Below are positions 50,043 through 63,271 of a stretch of DNA of 64,000 bases, in pieces. The stretch is from Eledone cirrhosa (lineage: Eukaryota), in NCBI GenBank assembly GCA_964016885.1, contig OZ024745.1, forward strand, positions 103,354,001-103,418,000, read 5' to 3'. The position numbers and the translations under genes are program-made. Positions within the stretch are counted from its first letter, which is position 1. Each line of letters begins with the position of its first letter. Under the pieces are notes generated by a model. That model searched no databases and was not told the origin of the DNA. It saw nothing but the letters and a program-made list of their open reading frames with translations.

Positions 50043-51299
50043 TATGTCAGAATGTTTGTATTTGTCCTTTAAATCTCAAATGTATCTTGAAAAGGAATTT
50101 TTTACCACTCTGCATTTATATTGAATACTATTATCCTGTGTTTGTTTGTATTCACAAACGTACACTTATTTATCCATTATATATTCGTGTGTTTATGTGA
50201 ATAGTGTTGACAACAAAGGCAGAAAGATTGTTGTGTTGCAGAAGTAATTTTGATGCTTAGTTTCATGAGGTAAACTTTATTATTTGTCATTTTGTGTTTT
50301 AAGTGGTACTGTTTCACCATTCTATTTAACATGAAATAACAGTTACCATAGTAATAGAATTTTTTTTAAAAAATGTTTTCTTTTTTTCCTTTCGATTTTC
50401 ATTAATCAGAGTGATCTTTTTCGACATTGTTGATGGATAGGAATAAAAAAACTTGTTCATAAAATACTGAATGTGTCTTTTCTACACAAAAGAAAATTCT
50501 GTTAACTGATAGGGTTGAAATGGAAGAAGCTTCATAAAAACAAGATGTTATAGTCTGTTTCGTTTTAGTGTAAAAGGAAGTGTGTCATTAAAATAAATGA
50601 AGAAGCAAAGATCTGTGAAAGCAAGTGTAAAAAAAAAAAGAAATTAAAAATCATAATAATAATGATTTCTTTATTAGCCACAAGTGTTAGCAACTAAAAT
50701 ACAGTTCAAACATAGAGGTTATAATACATGTGGGGCTTAAAAATAAAATTTTATAATGACTGGTGTTACCCACAATATTGCAGGTAATTTTGCTTATAGA
50801 ATTTTGCGACTGTGGTAACATCAGGTTACATAGATTAAATAATTATAATTTCCTGGTGATTAAATAAATACTGATTTTGAAAATAAAAATAGTTATTAAC
50901 CTAAAATATAATTAGATAAAACACATCTCATTTGTTTATTTGCAATAAGTATATGTGATCAATAAAAATAGAATTGTTCAACTATGAATTGTAACAATAT
51001 TCTGATAATTGTTTTTTCTTTTTTTTTTGTATTTTAGTAAAGAATAAACTTGACTTTTATTACAATTGTATAAATTTACAGTAGCATAGCATTGCAAATA
51101 TGTTTTAAACAGATACATAAATAACATTACAAATGCGTAAAAAACATTATAAATTGCTCGCAATTTGTTCAGAAGGATATTACAAATATAATGTATAATA
51201 ACACAATAATATAAATTCATTGAACAAAAATGATAAAGGAAAGAAAAAAGAAGAAGAAAAAAAAGGGGGGGGGGGGGGTTAATTCATCACCACGTGGGA

Positions 51300-51745
51300 T
51301 AACTGGCTGCACCTCACACCTTAGGGGTTAACTATACACTTTCAGGCAAGTCAACATGGTCACAGCATTACTACGGGTGATGGTGAAGCTAAGGCGCTGA
51401 AACAACCAGGCACTCTCACGGGTATCACCTGACACCTCAGTAAGGTGAGTCACCAATGATGACAAGAACTTCACTGTCATCATTGGTTGCCCAACTCCAC
51501 CAAATGTCTTGAATGCCATAGGCTTGAAAAATAATTATTTGATAAGTCCTGGTATTTCCGAATTTTATTCCATTCAGTAGTGGAAGCAGTGACACCCACA
51601 TTTACCGCGGTGTCCATGATGTGGGATGGAGCACAAGAGTGACTGACTGTGACATCCCAGATGAGACAGCTACCTCTCACTCAGTCTCTTCCCATCACTT
51701 CTGGATAAACCAGCCGATTCCAGAATTGTGGGAATATTTACCCCG
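51300..51745 (-). mobile_element. CRE-clade non-LTR retrotransposon remnant (RLE domain)
   Basis: GLSRSDGKR...CLIWDVTV...KIRKYQDL...MAFKTFGG...GDTRESAWLFQRLSFTITRSNA. Confidence 0.85.
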
Positions 51746-51913
51746 AGATGGGTAGAAAAAGAAATTTTACAAAAAAAAGTTTTAATTTCCATTTGAGCTA
51801 GATTTATATTATATAAGTTAAATACTCAAATCATTTAAATGACATCAAGCACTCTATATACAGGTTCAAAACATTACATATTTTTACCAATGTTTAGCCT
51901 ATTATTTACTTAA

Positions 51914-52110
51914 CCCTTTAGTATTTAAACCGGCTGTATCTGTTTTCTCACCTCTTTCTGTTCAAACTGGCTGTAACCAGCCGCTCATACTGGTGTTAAG
52001 GTATGGTTTTCAAAATAAATAATATTAAGATCTATAGATTTGATATTGTGTGAATTGTGATAATTATGAAAATATAATTGTAAATATCGAGTAATGTAAA
52101 TGCTAAAGAG
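51914..52110. mobile_element. piggyBac-type MITE, opposite orientation to 3740-3958
   Basis: TTAA TSD; ccctttagtattta / taaatgctaaagag. Confidence 0.85.
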
Positions 52111-52384
52111 TTAATGATACTTATGAAAAATCTGTGGGTGATAAATGTTCAGTTTTATAATTAATTACATGTGGAATGTTCTATTTAAAGGGATTAATTG
52201 AATGGAATACATGTTTCTCTTTATCATTTAATAAATCATCAAATATACATACAATATAATGTAAAATTATATACATATTATACATGGACAGTAATGTATA
52301 TTTCTACTCAGAAATACACCAGTGAAATGTATATAAAATTAATATGAGTTATTGATGGAGTAGTTCCTCCAATACAATATGTAT

Positions 52385-53090
52385 ATCATCACATCATTGT
52401 TTAATGTCCATTTTCTACACTAGCATGGGTTAGAGAGGTTGTTGCGTTTGAGGCAAGTCGGGTCAAGTGACTGTCTTGTTCATACGGAACTGTTTCTAGC
52501 TAGGTTTCTATGGCTGGTTGCCCTTCCTAATGGCAATCACATTTACAGTGTGAGTTGGGTGCTTTTTGTCGTAACTCCTACATGACCACTTTACAGTGTG
52601 GTCTAAGTGTTTTTAGTTGTGACACCCACACAACTACTTTACAGTGTTGTCTGGGTGCTTTTAGTCATGACACCTACACAATCACTTTACTGTGTGTGCT
52701 GAGTGCTTTTAGTCGTGAGACCTACACAAGCACATTACAGTGTAGGCTGGATGCTTTTTGTTGTGATACCAACACACCAATTTTACAGTGTAAGGGTGGT
52801 GTGAACAGAAGTAGGTGGTTGGGGCACGAGAGGTGTATGGAAGAAGGGTATAGTTGTTATGAAGTACCTACAAGATGTATGTTTCTGTCTGTGCACAAGG
52901 GAAGGTGGGCCTTCTGTATTATTGCATAAGGCCAAAGAACTTGATCCTGTGTCAGTCTTTCAGAGGTGCAATTGTGCAAGGTCAGCTTTTATCACCTCAT
53001 CCCTAGTCTTCCTGGATCTTCCTACTCCATAGCTTCCATCACCATTTTATGCACCTGTCATCCTTCAAACACATCACATGATCATACCAA
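52385..53090 (-). mobile_element. RTE 3' end with expanded 48-bp internal tandem repeat
   Basis: 3' UTR motifs; ttacagtg recurring at 52543, 52591 and onward. Confidence 0.85.
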
Positions 53091-53380
53091 TATATATATG
53101 CATATATGAGTAAAACACGATCATCTGACCTGGCTTGTCTCACAACAGGACAGCTCGTCTAACCCATGATACCATGGAAAATGGACGTTAAATGATAGTG
53201 ATGATGATATATATTTAATATATTTCTTGGGGCAAATAATTCCTTTGTTCTGTGGGATGTGGCTGCTTATTCAAGAATTCTTTCAGCTATTTGTTTTGCT
53301 TTCTTTTCGTTTTGTAACCTTCTTTTGTGGTCCATATTGAAATTTATTTACCATATACTAAATGATAGGAGTCAGGGTTG

Positions 53381-53436
<56 letters not shown>

Positions 53437-53750
53437 AGTTTAAAATAAAATAACTAAATGCCCATTCCTTATATAATTTAGTGAGAATATTTTTGGCATT
53501 CCATAATCTACTAACTGCTACATATCATCATCATTTTACACTGTAGTCAGTTCATATTCAAAGTTACAGCCAACTTAGACAGATCAGGGAACCACATCAA
53601 ATTTGTACATTCCATGGTTTCTACAACTGGATCAGAAGCATAGCTCCACCCCGGGTGACACTTTTATGGGGGTGGCACTTTTGGGTCTGCTGTAGGCTAT
53701 AACCATTCTTTTAATGCTGCAGCATAATATCATAATTGTACACAGACTAG

Positions 53751-53815
<65 letters not shown>

Positions 53816-53818
<3 letters not shown>

Positions 53819-55782
53819 AGGGAAATCTGTCCATGCCTTGAACCCTGGGTGACACCTAAAAGTCAAATTCAAGGTCACCATTCTTTTCGGCGTGGACAGG
53901 TTCATGCATGGGCGATCTCTCAAGGCGAGAGACAGAAAGCGACAGGTATAAAAAGCCTGTATCATCCCACGTCTAACACACACAGAGATCGGAGCATTAC
54001 GCTATAGAATAGCTATGTGAAAGATTCACCACTACCTACAGTCCGCTGAGGTCTACAGACAACCACAGACCATTACTCTCCCTCTCCTGGTCTCAGACTA
54101 CACCGACCTCATGAACCTACAATAAAATAACATCGTCAACCTTTGCGACTCGTGTTAACTTGTTTGTTGTTCTTTTTGACTGAAGTGAAGCAAACCCTTT
54201 CATATATAAAGTAAATCAGCTATTCTTGTTATTTCATCTAACTACCACTACTAATACCCTTCGTTACATTGGTGACCCAGACGCAGGAACGAACAGGTTC
54301 TTTCTAAAAAGGAAAAATACGAAGTGGTATTTTAAAAAGGAAAACCACACGCAACCTTTCTTCACATGGTTTCCATTGCCAACATCAACAACTTTCTCAA
54401 CAGCAGCTTTCTCAGCAATCTATAATTACCAAGCTTCTCATCTATATGGTACGATATGATTAAACTTCACTTCAAATTATTCACCAAACTTCGATTCTAC
54501 GGAATATTTACAATGACTTCACTTCGATAGCAGCAACAACAACAACAACAACTCTACTAGCTTCCTAGTAATAACGATAACACGCTTATCACAAAGAAAT
54601 TTCAGAGAAAAGAAAAATTGAACTTTTTGTTAAAAAAACTATTATTTCTTCCTTTTTTACAAACAATGTTCGAAAATGTATTTCTTTTAAACTGTATATA
54701 TGAACATTCATTTTTTTTTATCATTGTATATATGACTGCATATGCACATTTTTTAAAACTGTATTACATGTCTGCATACGCACACACATTTTTTTTGTCA
54801 CACACTAACATGTTGTTGTCTATGGTATGTTCTTGATTCGGTGGGGATTCTGCGAGATCACTTTTCACCTGGTCGAGGTACGGCAACAGCTATAAAACAC
54901 ATGAGAAACACTGGGACTACTCACCTGGACTCACTCAAGCACGCAACTCAAAATTGCACACATTCATGTCATAGCGTAAACCTCGACTCACTGGAAAAGC
55001 ATCTTACATGTAATACATCGACAGAAATAGTCCTCTGTATTATCGTATCAATAATCCGATACCGCAACCCTGAACGTTCAGCCATCCATACACAACAGTT
55101 CGAAATACATGATCACAACTTTGTATATTTACAGTTTCTTCTAAATGTTACACACACACATGCATGCACCATGCACAGTTATACGATATTTTTTTTTTTT
55201 TTTTTTTCCCTCCACGTTTCTCTGCACTCGAAATACGGGCGCAGTACCCACATTTTGTGTGTTTTGGGACACGCTTCTGGAATCAGATTTCGCTACCACT
55301 TTTGTAGTCGATCGCTGTTCCTGCATCGATCTGGGTAGGGAACTAATGTAGTGAAATCTGTCCACGCCTTGAACTCTGGGTGACACCTAAAAGTCAAATT
55401 CTAGGTCACCATCCTTTTCGGCGTGGGCGATCCCTTGAGGTAGGAGACAGAAAGCGACAGGTATAAAAAGCCTGTATCATCCCACGTCTAACTCACAAAG
55501 AGATCGGAGCATTACGCTATAGAATAGCTATGTGATATATTCACCGCTACCTACAGTCCGCTGAGGTCTACAAACAACCACAGACCATTACTCTCTCTCT
55601 CCTGGTCTCAGACTACACCAGCCTCGTGAGCCAACAACAAAATAACATCGTCAACCTTTGCGACTCGTGTTAACTTATTTGTTGTACTTTTTTACTGAAG
55701 TGAAGTAAACCTTTTCATATATAAAGTAAATCAGCTATTCTTGTTATTTAATTAATAACCACTACTAATACCCTTCGTTACA
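53816..55782 (+). mobile_element. Non-autonomous LTR retrotransposon (LTRs 53816-54268 and 55347-55782)
   Basis: TG...CA direct repeats with TATA and AATAAA; PBS; purine tract gggtagggaa before the 3' LTR; no recognisable gag/pol in about 1.08 kb of internal sequence. Confidence 0.93.
54270..54283 (+). promoter_or_regulatory. Primer-binding site, tRNA-Trp
   Basis: TGGTGACCCAGACG vs the tRNA-Trp 3' complement TGGTGACCCCGACG. Confidence 0.85.
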
Positions 55783-56289
55783 TATATATATAACTTTAAG
55801 AGTTATATATATATTAAGAACAATATATATTTTTTGTGGGGGCCTAGGGGTAACAAACTGAAGAGCTTCCCCGGGTGGCAAACACTCTAGCTCAGTATAC
55901 ACTCTAGCTACGTCACTGGACTGGATGCCCTTTCTAACACCAATCACTATTGTAGCACTAGCACTATGGAGGTTGTCATGTCTTGAACAGAACAAAATTA
56001 AAGAGTCCTCCCTACCCTGTGTTGTTTCCATTTAATATTCAACCACTTTACAGAGTGTAGAAAGATCACCAATGATGGTGTGACCTAGCATTTACAGTAA
56101 CTTTAAAGGTTATTGTTGCATGTTCTTCGTATTTAAATGCAATATTGTTTTCTTTATATCTGAAGTGATTTTTTTTTCTTTGTATTACTGAAGCCAACAA
56201 GATAAGCATGATTCTAATAGAGAAAATTTTCAAGGTTTATGTTTATTGAGATGGTACAGGTTTGGGCATGAGGTGTCTAATTTGCATAT

Positions 56290-56520
56290 GAATGATGCTT
56301 GGGTATGGTAAATCATAGAGGAGTTATTGAAATAAGCATTGAAGGAGGTGATAGCAAGAAGGTCATTAATGTAAGTGATGAAGCATATGAGATAAAATAC
56401 TGAAGCTTGAGGTACACCAAAGTTGAAGGAGTGTCAATCTAAAAGCTCATTAACATGTGCTGCAATATTGCAGTTTCTGGACCATGACATGAAAGACAGA
56501 TAGAGCCCATAGTCAGGAAG
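56290..56520 (-). mobile_element. Ancient CR1/L2-like RT remnant
   Basis: Minus strand FGVPQASV...FITYINDLL. Confidence 0.6.
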
Positions 56521-57023
56521 TTTAGTCAGCTATATGGAGAAATTTGGGGTTCTGATCTACTAGAATTATTCAGTATCACTTATAATGTTGACCCTTACCA
56601 TTTATGCTAACAAGAGAGCCTCTCTACCTCTACTCAACCTACTGAAAATAACAGCCAAATCTCAATCAAATCACATCCTTCTCATTTAAAAAGGGAAGGA
56701 CATATCAGAAAATGTAGTCATAGATACACTAAGCCTGAGAATTAAAGACATGATTGTTAAAATTGAAATTCTTATGGTTGTAGATTTGTTCAAGCAGGGC
56801 TGAGAGCAATATTTAACTTTCCTTTTAGTGATATATTTGAGTTTCTGGTGTTTCTTTTTGTTCCATTCCTTATTTGATGGTCATTAACTTTCAACCAGCT
56901 TCTGAAATTTTAATAGAATTCTTTTAATCTTTTATCAGTTTCACTCATTGGATTGTGACCATACTGGGCCGATGTCTTCAAACCTGGAAGTATTTGCATG
57001 GGGCAAGTAAATCATCATTATTA

Positions 57024-57400
57024 GTGGTGGATTGGCAGGGCGGTGGATTGGCAATATCTGTAGAGAGTCGAACACCACGTTTTGCAGCATAGTTACAGCC
57101 CTTTATGATCTGAGTTCAAATCCCGCCGAGGTTAACTTTGTCTTTCATCCTTATGGGGGTCAATAAAATGAAGTACCAGTAATACACTGGGATAATTGCT
57201 GGCCTTGTGCAAAAAGTAGAAACAATTATTATTACTGGATGAGGGCAGTAGATTGGCAGTATTGGTAGAGGGGCTGACGCCATGCTTTGCAGCATAGAGT
57301 TATGGCCCTATGTGTCTGAGCTCAACTCCAGCTGAGGTTAACTTTGCCTTTCATCCTTAAGGGGTCGATAAAATAAAGTACCAGTATTGCACTAGGATAA
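57024..57400 (+). mobile_element. Two tandem family A SINEs
   Basis: A/B boxes and CORE twice. Confidence 0.88.
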
Positions 57401-60288
57401 TTTCTCATTTTTATGCTCTTCAATACTTTGAAAAAAGCTTTCCAGAAAGGAAAATTATTGTTGTTGTGGTTGTTGTTAACTGTCCACGATGAAACCCTGT
57501 TCACTCTGAACCCTAAGTTTTCTGCAAGATTTGCATTTTTGTCTTGTCTGGGAAATGTTTTCATGGATGTGAAATTGTTGCTCATGTCAAGGGCTGATTG
57601 ACTAAATTTTGCTGTGTTTCTTTGGATTTTTAGTTCAAATTCTGTTTATGTGCTGATGGCTAAGGCTGAACACCCATCTAATTCCCACTTAGTCAGTATG
57701 GATATGCATGGTCCCATAACTCCTGAGAGAGTCAAATTGGTGCTGTATTAGCATACAGCAGTTTTAGGGCATTTTTAAAGTTGGTGGAGCCCAATCCTCC
57801 TCAAGTCTGAATGCAGCATATTTCTTCTAGAGAAGGATAGAGAGAGTGAGAGAATGGAATAGAGGAAGAATCGACCCCAGTACTAGACTGGTACTTTTTT
57901 TTATCAACCTTGAATGGATGAAAGATAAGGTTGATCTCAGCAGGATTTGAACAGAGAGCATTCTAGAAAGCATTCTATCTAACGTTCTAATGTCTCTGCC
58001 AATTTGTTGGCTAACCAGTATGGACAGGTAGGCCTAAAAGCAACATAGTTGTTGAGGATTTATCAACTAGAAAATTGAAAATAACTTAGTGGAAAATATC
58101 CTTACTTCCCTTTGGAAAAAAGGTACTTCAGCAATAAGCAACAATTTGGTTGAGTTCTTAGAGTATCAGACAGAATGTTTTGTAGTGGTGTTTGTTTCAG
58201 CTTTCTATGCTCTGACTTCAAATCCTGTTGAGGTCAACTTGACTTTTCAGGATTGATGAAAAAATGTACCAGACAAGAGTGGTTGGTTGGTAAAATTGTT
58301 AAAATGTTGGACAAGTTTTGTGATATTTGTTGTAGCTCTTTCCATTCTGAATTAAAATCCGATAGACTTAATCTGTCACCTAATTTAACATCACCAGCTG
58401 GCTCTTGGGTGTCTAGCAGAATCAACTCTGTTACAATCATTCAGATCAGATCTCTGATTTGAGGATACCTTCCTCCTTCCAACCAGTTGCTAAGGCTCTA
58501 AAAAGAGTCATGAACACTACTCTTTCCTCCCTGACTTAACAATAAAAAATAAAAAAAACTTATTAAATAAGCTCAAAGCTATTTCTTGGAGTTATTCAGG
58601 CTCTCATCCAGCCATCAAAGCATTTATTGTTATTGAATCAATAATAAGCTATGACTATGTCTCTTCCCATTGGTTTGTTCTCATTGGAAATATAATTTGC
58701 ATAGTTTTATAATCTGAATTAATTATTACTTTAGATTTTTGAGAAGATCAAAAAATATTCTTTTATAATGAATGTAATGTTTCAATTTATACAATGCAAT
58801 GAAGGTTCTTTAAATGGACTGTTTTTTGTATTATTTTTATAATGCAAAACCAAAAACCTTCCATGTATCAATAAATTATAGTTGAATAGCAGTTAAAAGG
58901 CAACTATAGTTTGATGTTTGACTGATTAATTCAATAAAAGTCGATTTAGTTTCCCTTCAAAAGTTCCAGTGCACAGAAAACCATAGTGCTGAAACTACGC
59001 AAGCTGTTTAATTCTCTGATCAAACAAAATATCTTGGCTACAATTTAATGTAGATTAATGTTTTCTACTTTGATGAATCACTTAACCTGAGCTACATGAT
59101 ACTTCTTATAATGAAGGATTGGTGTGATTGATGAATGAAGAGATATACGTAAACAAGTAAATGTAATTAATCAGTGGATATTTCAAATATCTAATTATCT
59201 AAATATTTTAATGAGCTTTCGCTGAAATTTGATGTTGGGATTTTCAGATATCAACCTCATATTTTTTCTATAAGGGAAGATATCATGAGAGTAAATAAAA
59301 GTTGATGGATATCTGGAGGAGTCATGATACACTTAAATAGGAAGAAATTTTATAGCAATGATATGATCTGACTGATATTTTTCTTGGCTTATAACATATG
59401 TTGTGTGGAGTGAAGAATTCAAATGTTATCTGTTATCAAATATATTTATTAAATATCTTACTTATCTTTAGAGAGAAAACATTTTAAAATATTAATATTT
59501 ACATTATATTTCGATTCTCATTAGATGCCTTATTCCATCATATGTACATTGTACAGGTTGAAATTTAACTAGAAATTTCCACTTCTAAATTAAGACTAGG
59601 GCATTGATGCATATAGTTTAGAAAAAAGGTTAAAATCCTGTCTGTATTGATTATATATCCTAGAATAAGAGACCTGATGATGATCAGAAATCAGATGGAA
59701 TGAGATCAAAACGTAATGTAGATATGAATATTAAAATATGTTCAATTATAAAAATGATGTGAATAGTTTAAAAATAATCTTTTACTTATATCATAAAATT
59801 TATTTTTAAATTCTGTTTGTTGTTCATAACATAAATTTAGTTACAAGCTGCTGTTTGTTGGGTTGTCTTCCAATGTCTGTTGCTAATAAATATTATATTT
59901 TAAGCTATCAGTATAAGTATCATTGGAAAAGATGAATGACTAGTGTGTCATTATGGAAGAATCGTTAGAGCATCAGACAAAATGCTATGCAGTATTTTAT
60001 CTAGTTCTTTAGTTTTCCTCCATAGTTCATATGACTCTTTTATGATGCCCGTGTGTTTTGGCTGCAGTGTTGTTGTATAGAAGACATCTAATACTTCAAT
60101 AATAGTTGTTGTGTAGAAGAAGACATATAATTCTTCAATAATAGTTATTGTTTGCACATCATTCTCTTTTAATTTTGCTTTTTATTTGGATGTTGACATT
60201 AAGAGTTGGGCCTGTCTTTTCAGTGTTAATTTCTTGAGAGAACACTGTCTTTTATTTCCAAGTTGAAATTTTATTCATAAAGTGATGC

Positions 60289-60480
60289 ATGGATTGGCAG
60301 TATCAGTAGAGGGTCAGATAACATGCTTTGCAGCAAAGAGTTATGACCCTTTATAGCCTGAGTTCAAATCCCGCCGAGGTTAACTTTGCCTTTCATCCTT
60401 ACAGGGTCGATAAAATAAAGTACCAGTAATACACTGGGATAGTTGCTGGCCTTGTGCCAAAAGTAGAAACAATTATTATT
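60289..60480 (+). mobile_element. Family A SINE
   Basis: A/B boxes, CORE, (ATT)n tail. Confidence 0.9.
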
Positions 60481-60612
60481 ACTGGATGTTAAAATGAATG
60501 GATGTCAGGGTCTGTACATCCTGAAAAAGTAATTTTTTTTCTTACAGTTTTTTTTTTCTTTTTTCTAATGAAAGACTTTTAGATTGTTTAAGTAACTATC
60601 CCTTCTTTATAC

Positions 60613-60704
60613 CTTCTCATCTGTTTAGATATTTTTGGTGAAGAGGAATTTGAAGTATTTAGACATTGCATGATGGCTGCTTCAGATATAACAGGAAGAA
60701 ATGG
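60613..60704 (-). CDS. Internal exon of host gene (PFLPVISEAAIMQCLNTSNSSSPKISKQMR)
   Basis: Acceptor ctttgatag, donor AAG/gtataa; 92 nt, phase 0 to 2. Confidence 0.72.
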
Positions 60705-60819
60705 CTATCAAAGTTGGGATAGCTTTAGCTTAAATAACATAAATAAATATAGTAAAAAATTATTCTTTTTTTCAATGAATGAAAAAAATGAGACCAATTT
60801 AGCAATACAAACTGTATCA

Positions 60820-61030
60820 GCATAGAAAAGGTTCCAAAGACAACCAGTTCTCCAGAGTTATAGAAAATAAAAACAAATGATCACAGATCCCTTGTTAATA
60901 TTTACATTTTTCTGTACACTAAATTTCTCACTGAACTCATCACCAATCACAATCTTCTTTATATTCCTCATGCACTCATTGTTGTACATGGCTTGCACAT
61001 CTTTCACAAACCAATTATATGCAAAATGTG
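60820..61030 (-). mobile_element. Old RTE RT remnant
   Basis: WFVKDVQAMY...SEKFSVQ...KGSVI resembles the RT at about 23.7 kb. Confidence 0.65.
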
Positions 61031-61460
61031 AAAATCTATCAAAGCTCAAATTCTGCCACCGTCTACTTAGTGGTCAGACTTAGTTGGTTGCCAGGTTTAA
61101 CACCATCACCAGGTCCTTGGATGCATTTAGTGATATCCACTATGTGGCAAGCATTTGAGTCTGTTGTCTTGCTAGGGGACACTTTTCTTTCATCTTTTCT
61201 TTAGTCATGGTGGCCCTTGAAAAGTGTCATGGGCACTACCTTCTCTCCTGATAAAGCAATAAAAAAGCCCTTCTCCAGATGAACATATACAAAGTAAATT
61301 GATTTTTTTTCCTTAGCAAATCTTGCAGTTGTTACATTGGAAGTATAGCATGTACGAGTATATTTCCATGTCTTGAAACAAACTCAAACTTCATTTTATT
61401 CAAGCTAACTCTACTAACTTTGCTAAAATTATTGAAATGTAATCTCTTTATCCATCATAC

Positions 61461-61529
61461 TAGGCTGTCTGACAACTTGTTGAGTCTCATTTTCAAGCTA
61501 GTTGCAGTCGGACTGAAGCAGTTAATATC
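61461..61529 (-). CDS. Internal exon of host gene (DINCFSPTATSLKMRLNKLSDSL)
   Basis: Acceptor tttatacag, donor gtatga; 69 nt, only the phase-0 frame is open. Confidence 0.68.
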
Positions 61530-61755
61530 CTGTATAAATTATCCAGTAGAAGAGATTTAGCAATTAATGTTTGATGACTTGCATACTCTCTAAGGACTTA
61601 CAACTCTAAAATTATTTCAGAGCAATGCGTGACATATATTCTTATACAGAATTAATTAATTCATATGTCTTTTGATGTGCTATATAATTTTCCTCGTACA
61701 CTAATTACCACATCTACAACACCAGATGAGATATTCTGCATATTAATTTCATATA

Positions 61756-61835
61756 CAGGGTGTCCCAAAAAAACATATATACACACTTCAACAGCATTCT
61801 AATAAAAAGTATGTATACATTTTTGGGTCACCCTG
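61756..61835. mobile_element. 80-bp Tc1/mariner-type MITE
   Basis: TA-CAGGGTGTCCCAAAAA...TTTTTGGGTCACCCTG-TA. Confidence 0.85.
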
Positions 61836-62269
61836 TATATATATATAGACATAGAGTCCAAAAGTGAGAGAACATCTGTGGTATTACACTAAAGCTGAAT
61901 GTTAAACCAGATTTAAATCTTTGAAAATATGCCAATTTATTTATTTTAGATCTTTTTATTCTGATGTACATAAAATGCTAAATTTAAAAAAAAAATAATT
62001 TATGTTATTATATAAACTCAGTCAACTGTACTTGAAGAGAGTAATTTTATAGAGGTAACTGATTGATTGAAGTGTTTGATTGACATTTGAAGTTGTGGGC
62101 ATCTCATCTGTGTGTGAATATGTGTGGAATATATTGTCTTAAGATTTAACATTGTGAATATATAATCTCACTTTGATGTGAAGTTTGTTGATCTAGATTG
62201 AGTAAGTCAAGTGACTATATAAGACCTCACTAGTTACATATATATATATATATCATTCCCCAGATCCCT

Positions 62270-62660
62270 CTCTTCACTCTTACTCCCAAACCTGCTGCCA
62301 CACCTGCAACTTCATCACCAATGCCATTAAGCTCTGTGGGACCAACAACCTATCATTCCAACTCAGGGACTCCTACTGCACTTCCTCCAGCCTTGTGTAT
62401 AGGCTTAATTGCATGTGATGCGAGGCCGTCTACATAGGACAAACTGGTCATTGACTAGCAAACAGGTTTGCTGAACATCTCCAAGGCATCCAGCTCAGCA
62501 ACCAGTCCCTTCGTATTTCTGCTCTGCTGGACACTCCACCCACCACCTCACTGTTTTGGGATTCGTTGCACATCTGATAAAAGAACAGTAGATTATTTTT
62601 TCTCTCCAGATCTGGAGTGGAAATGGCTTTAACTCACCACTCTCAATTTTTAGTCTTTCT
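62270..62660 (+). mobile_element. Penelope-like element GIY-YIG endonuclease remnant
   Basis: CTSSSLVYRLNC..CEAVYIGQTGH.LANRFAEHL...GHS...LTVLG with stops. Confidence 0.85.
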
Positions 62661-63113
62661 TACGATCCACTCTTGCACAAAAACGCGTACTACTACTTCA
62701 CCAACAAACCCACACAACTAATTAATTAGTTACATCTATATGACCTGGATACACATTTAATCCCATTAATGGTATTAATTAACTATTCAATTATACTAAC
62801 TGACCACTCTTACGTCAACAACTAACCACTACTAATTAGCTAACTCACGATACTACTTTCACCTGATGCTCCTTTACCACCAACACCAACACACTTAAAA
62901 ACACACTGCCACCACAGCTCCTATCGCATACCACTTCCATTATTCATGTGCTACACCCAGCCCCCCTCCCCCATCACTTCTTCCTCTGGCCCCTTCCTGA
63001 AATAGCCCAGCTGAACACTTATGCATGATAGACCAGGACATTTATGAAACACCTGTCCCATACACAGACCCACACTCACTAAAATATATACACATGCATG
63101 TACAGGTGTATTT

Positions 63114-63146
<33 letters not shown>

Positions 63147-63271
63147 GTTTAGCATCTATCTTCCATGCTAACATGGGTTTAGATGGGAATTGTCCCACTT
63201 GAGTCAAGATTGGTCGTCTCACTCGTATAGAACTGTCTGGCAGGTTTTATATATATATATATATATATATA

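Larger units (their letters stand above)
53633..55918. mobile_element. hAT-like MITE hosting an LTR element
   Basis: Ends cagaagcatagct / agctacgtcactg; 8-bp TSD aactggat (53625-53632) / gactggat (55919-55926). Confidence 0.72.

Noticed and set aside
54841-55338. 165-aa ORF inside the LTR element as gag/pol
   Set aside because: No retroviral motifs; runs through poly-T and CA tracts
59670-59725. Additional hammerhead (CTGATGA-tgatc...gatc-aaaac)
   Set aside because: GAAA is missing and stem I does not pair; at best a heavily decayed relic
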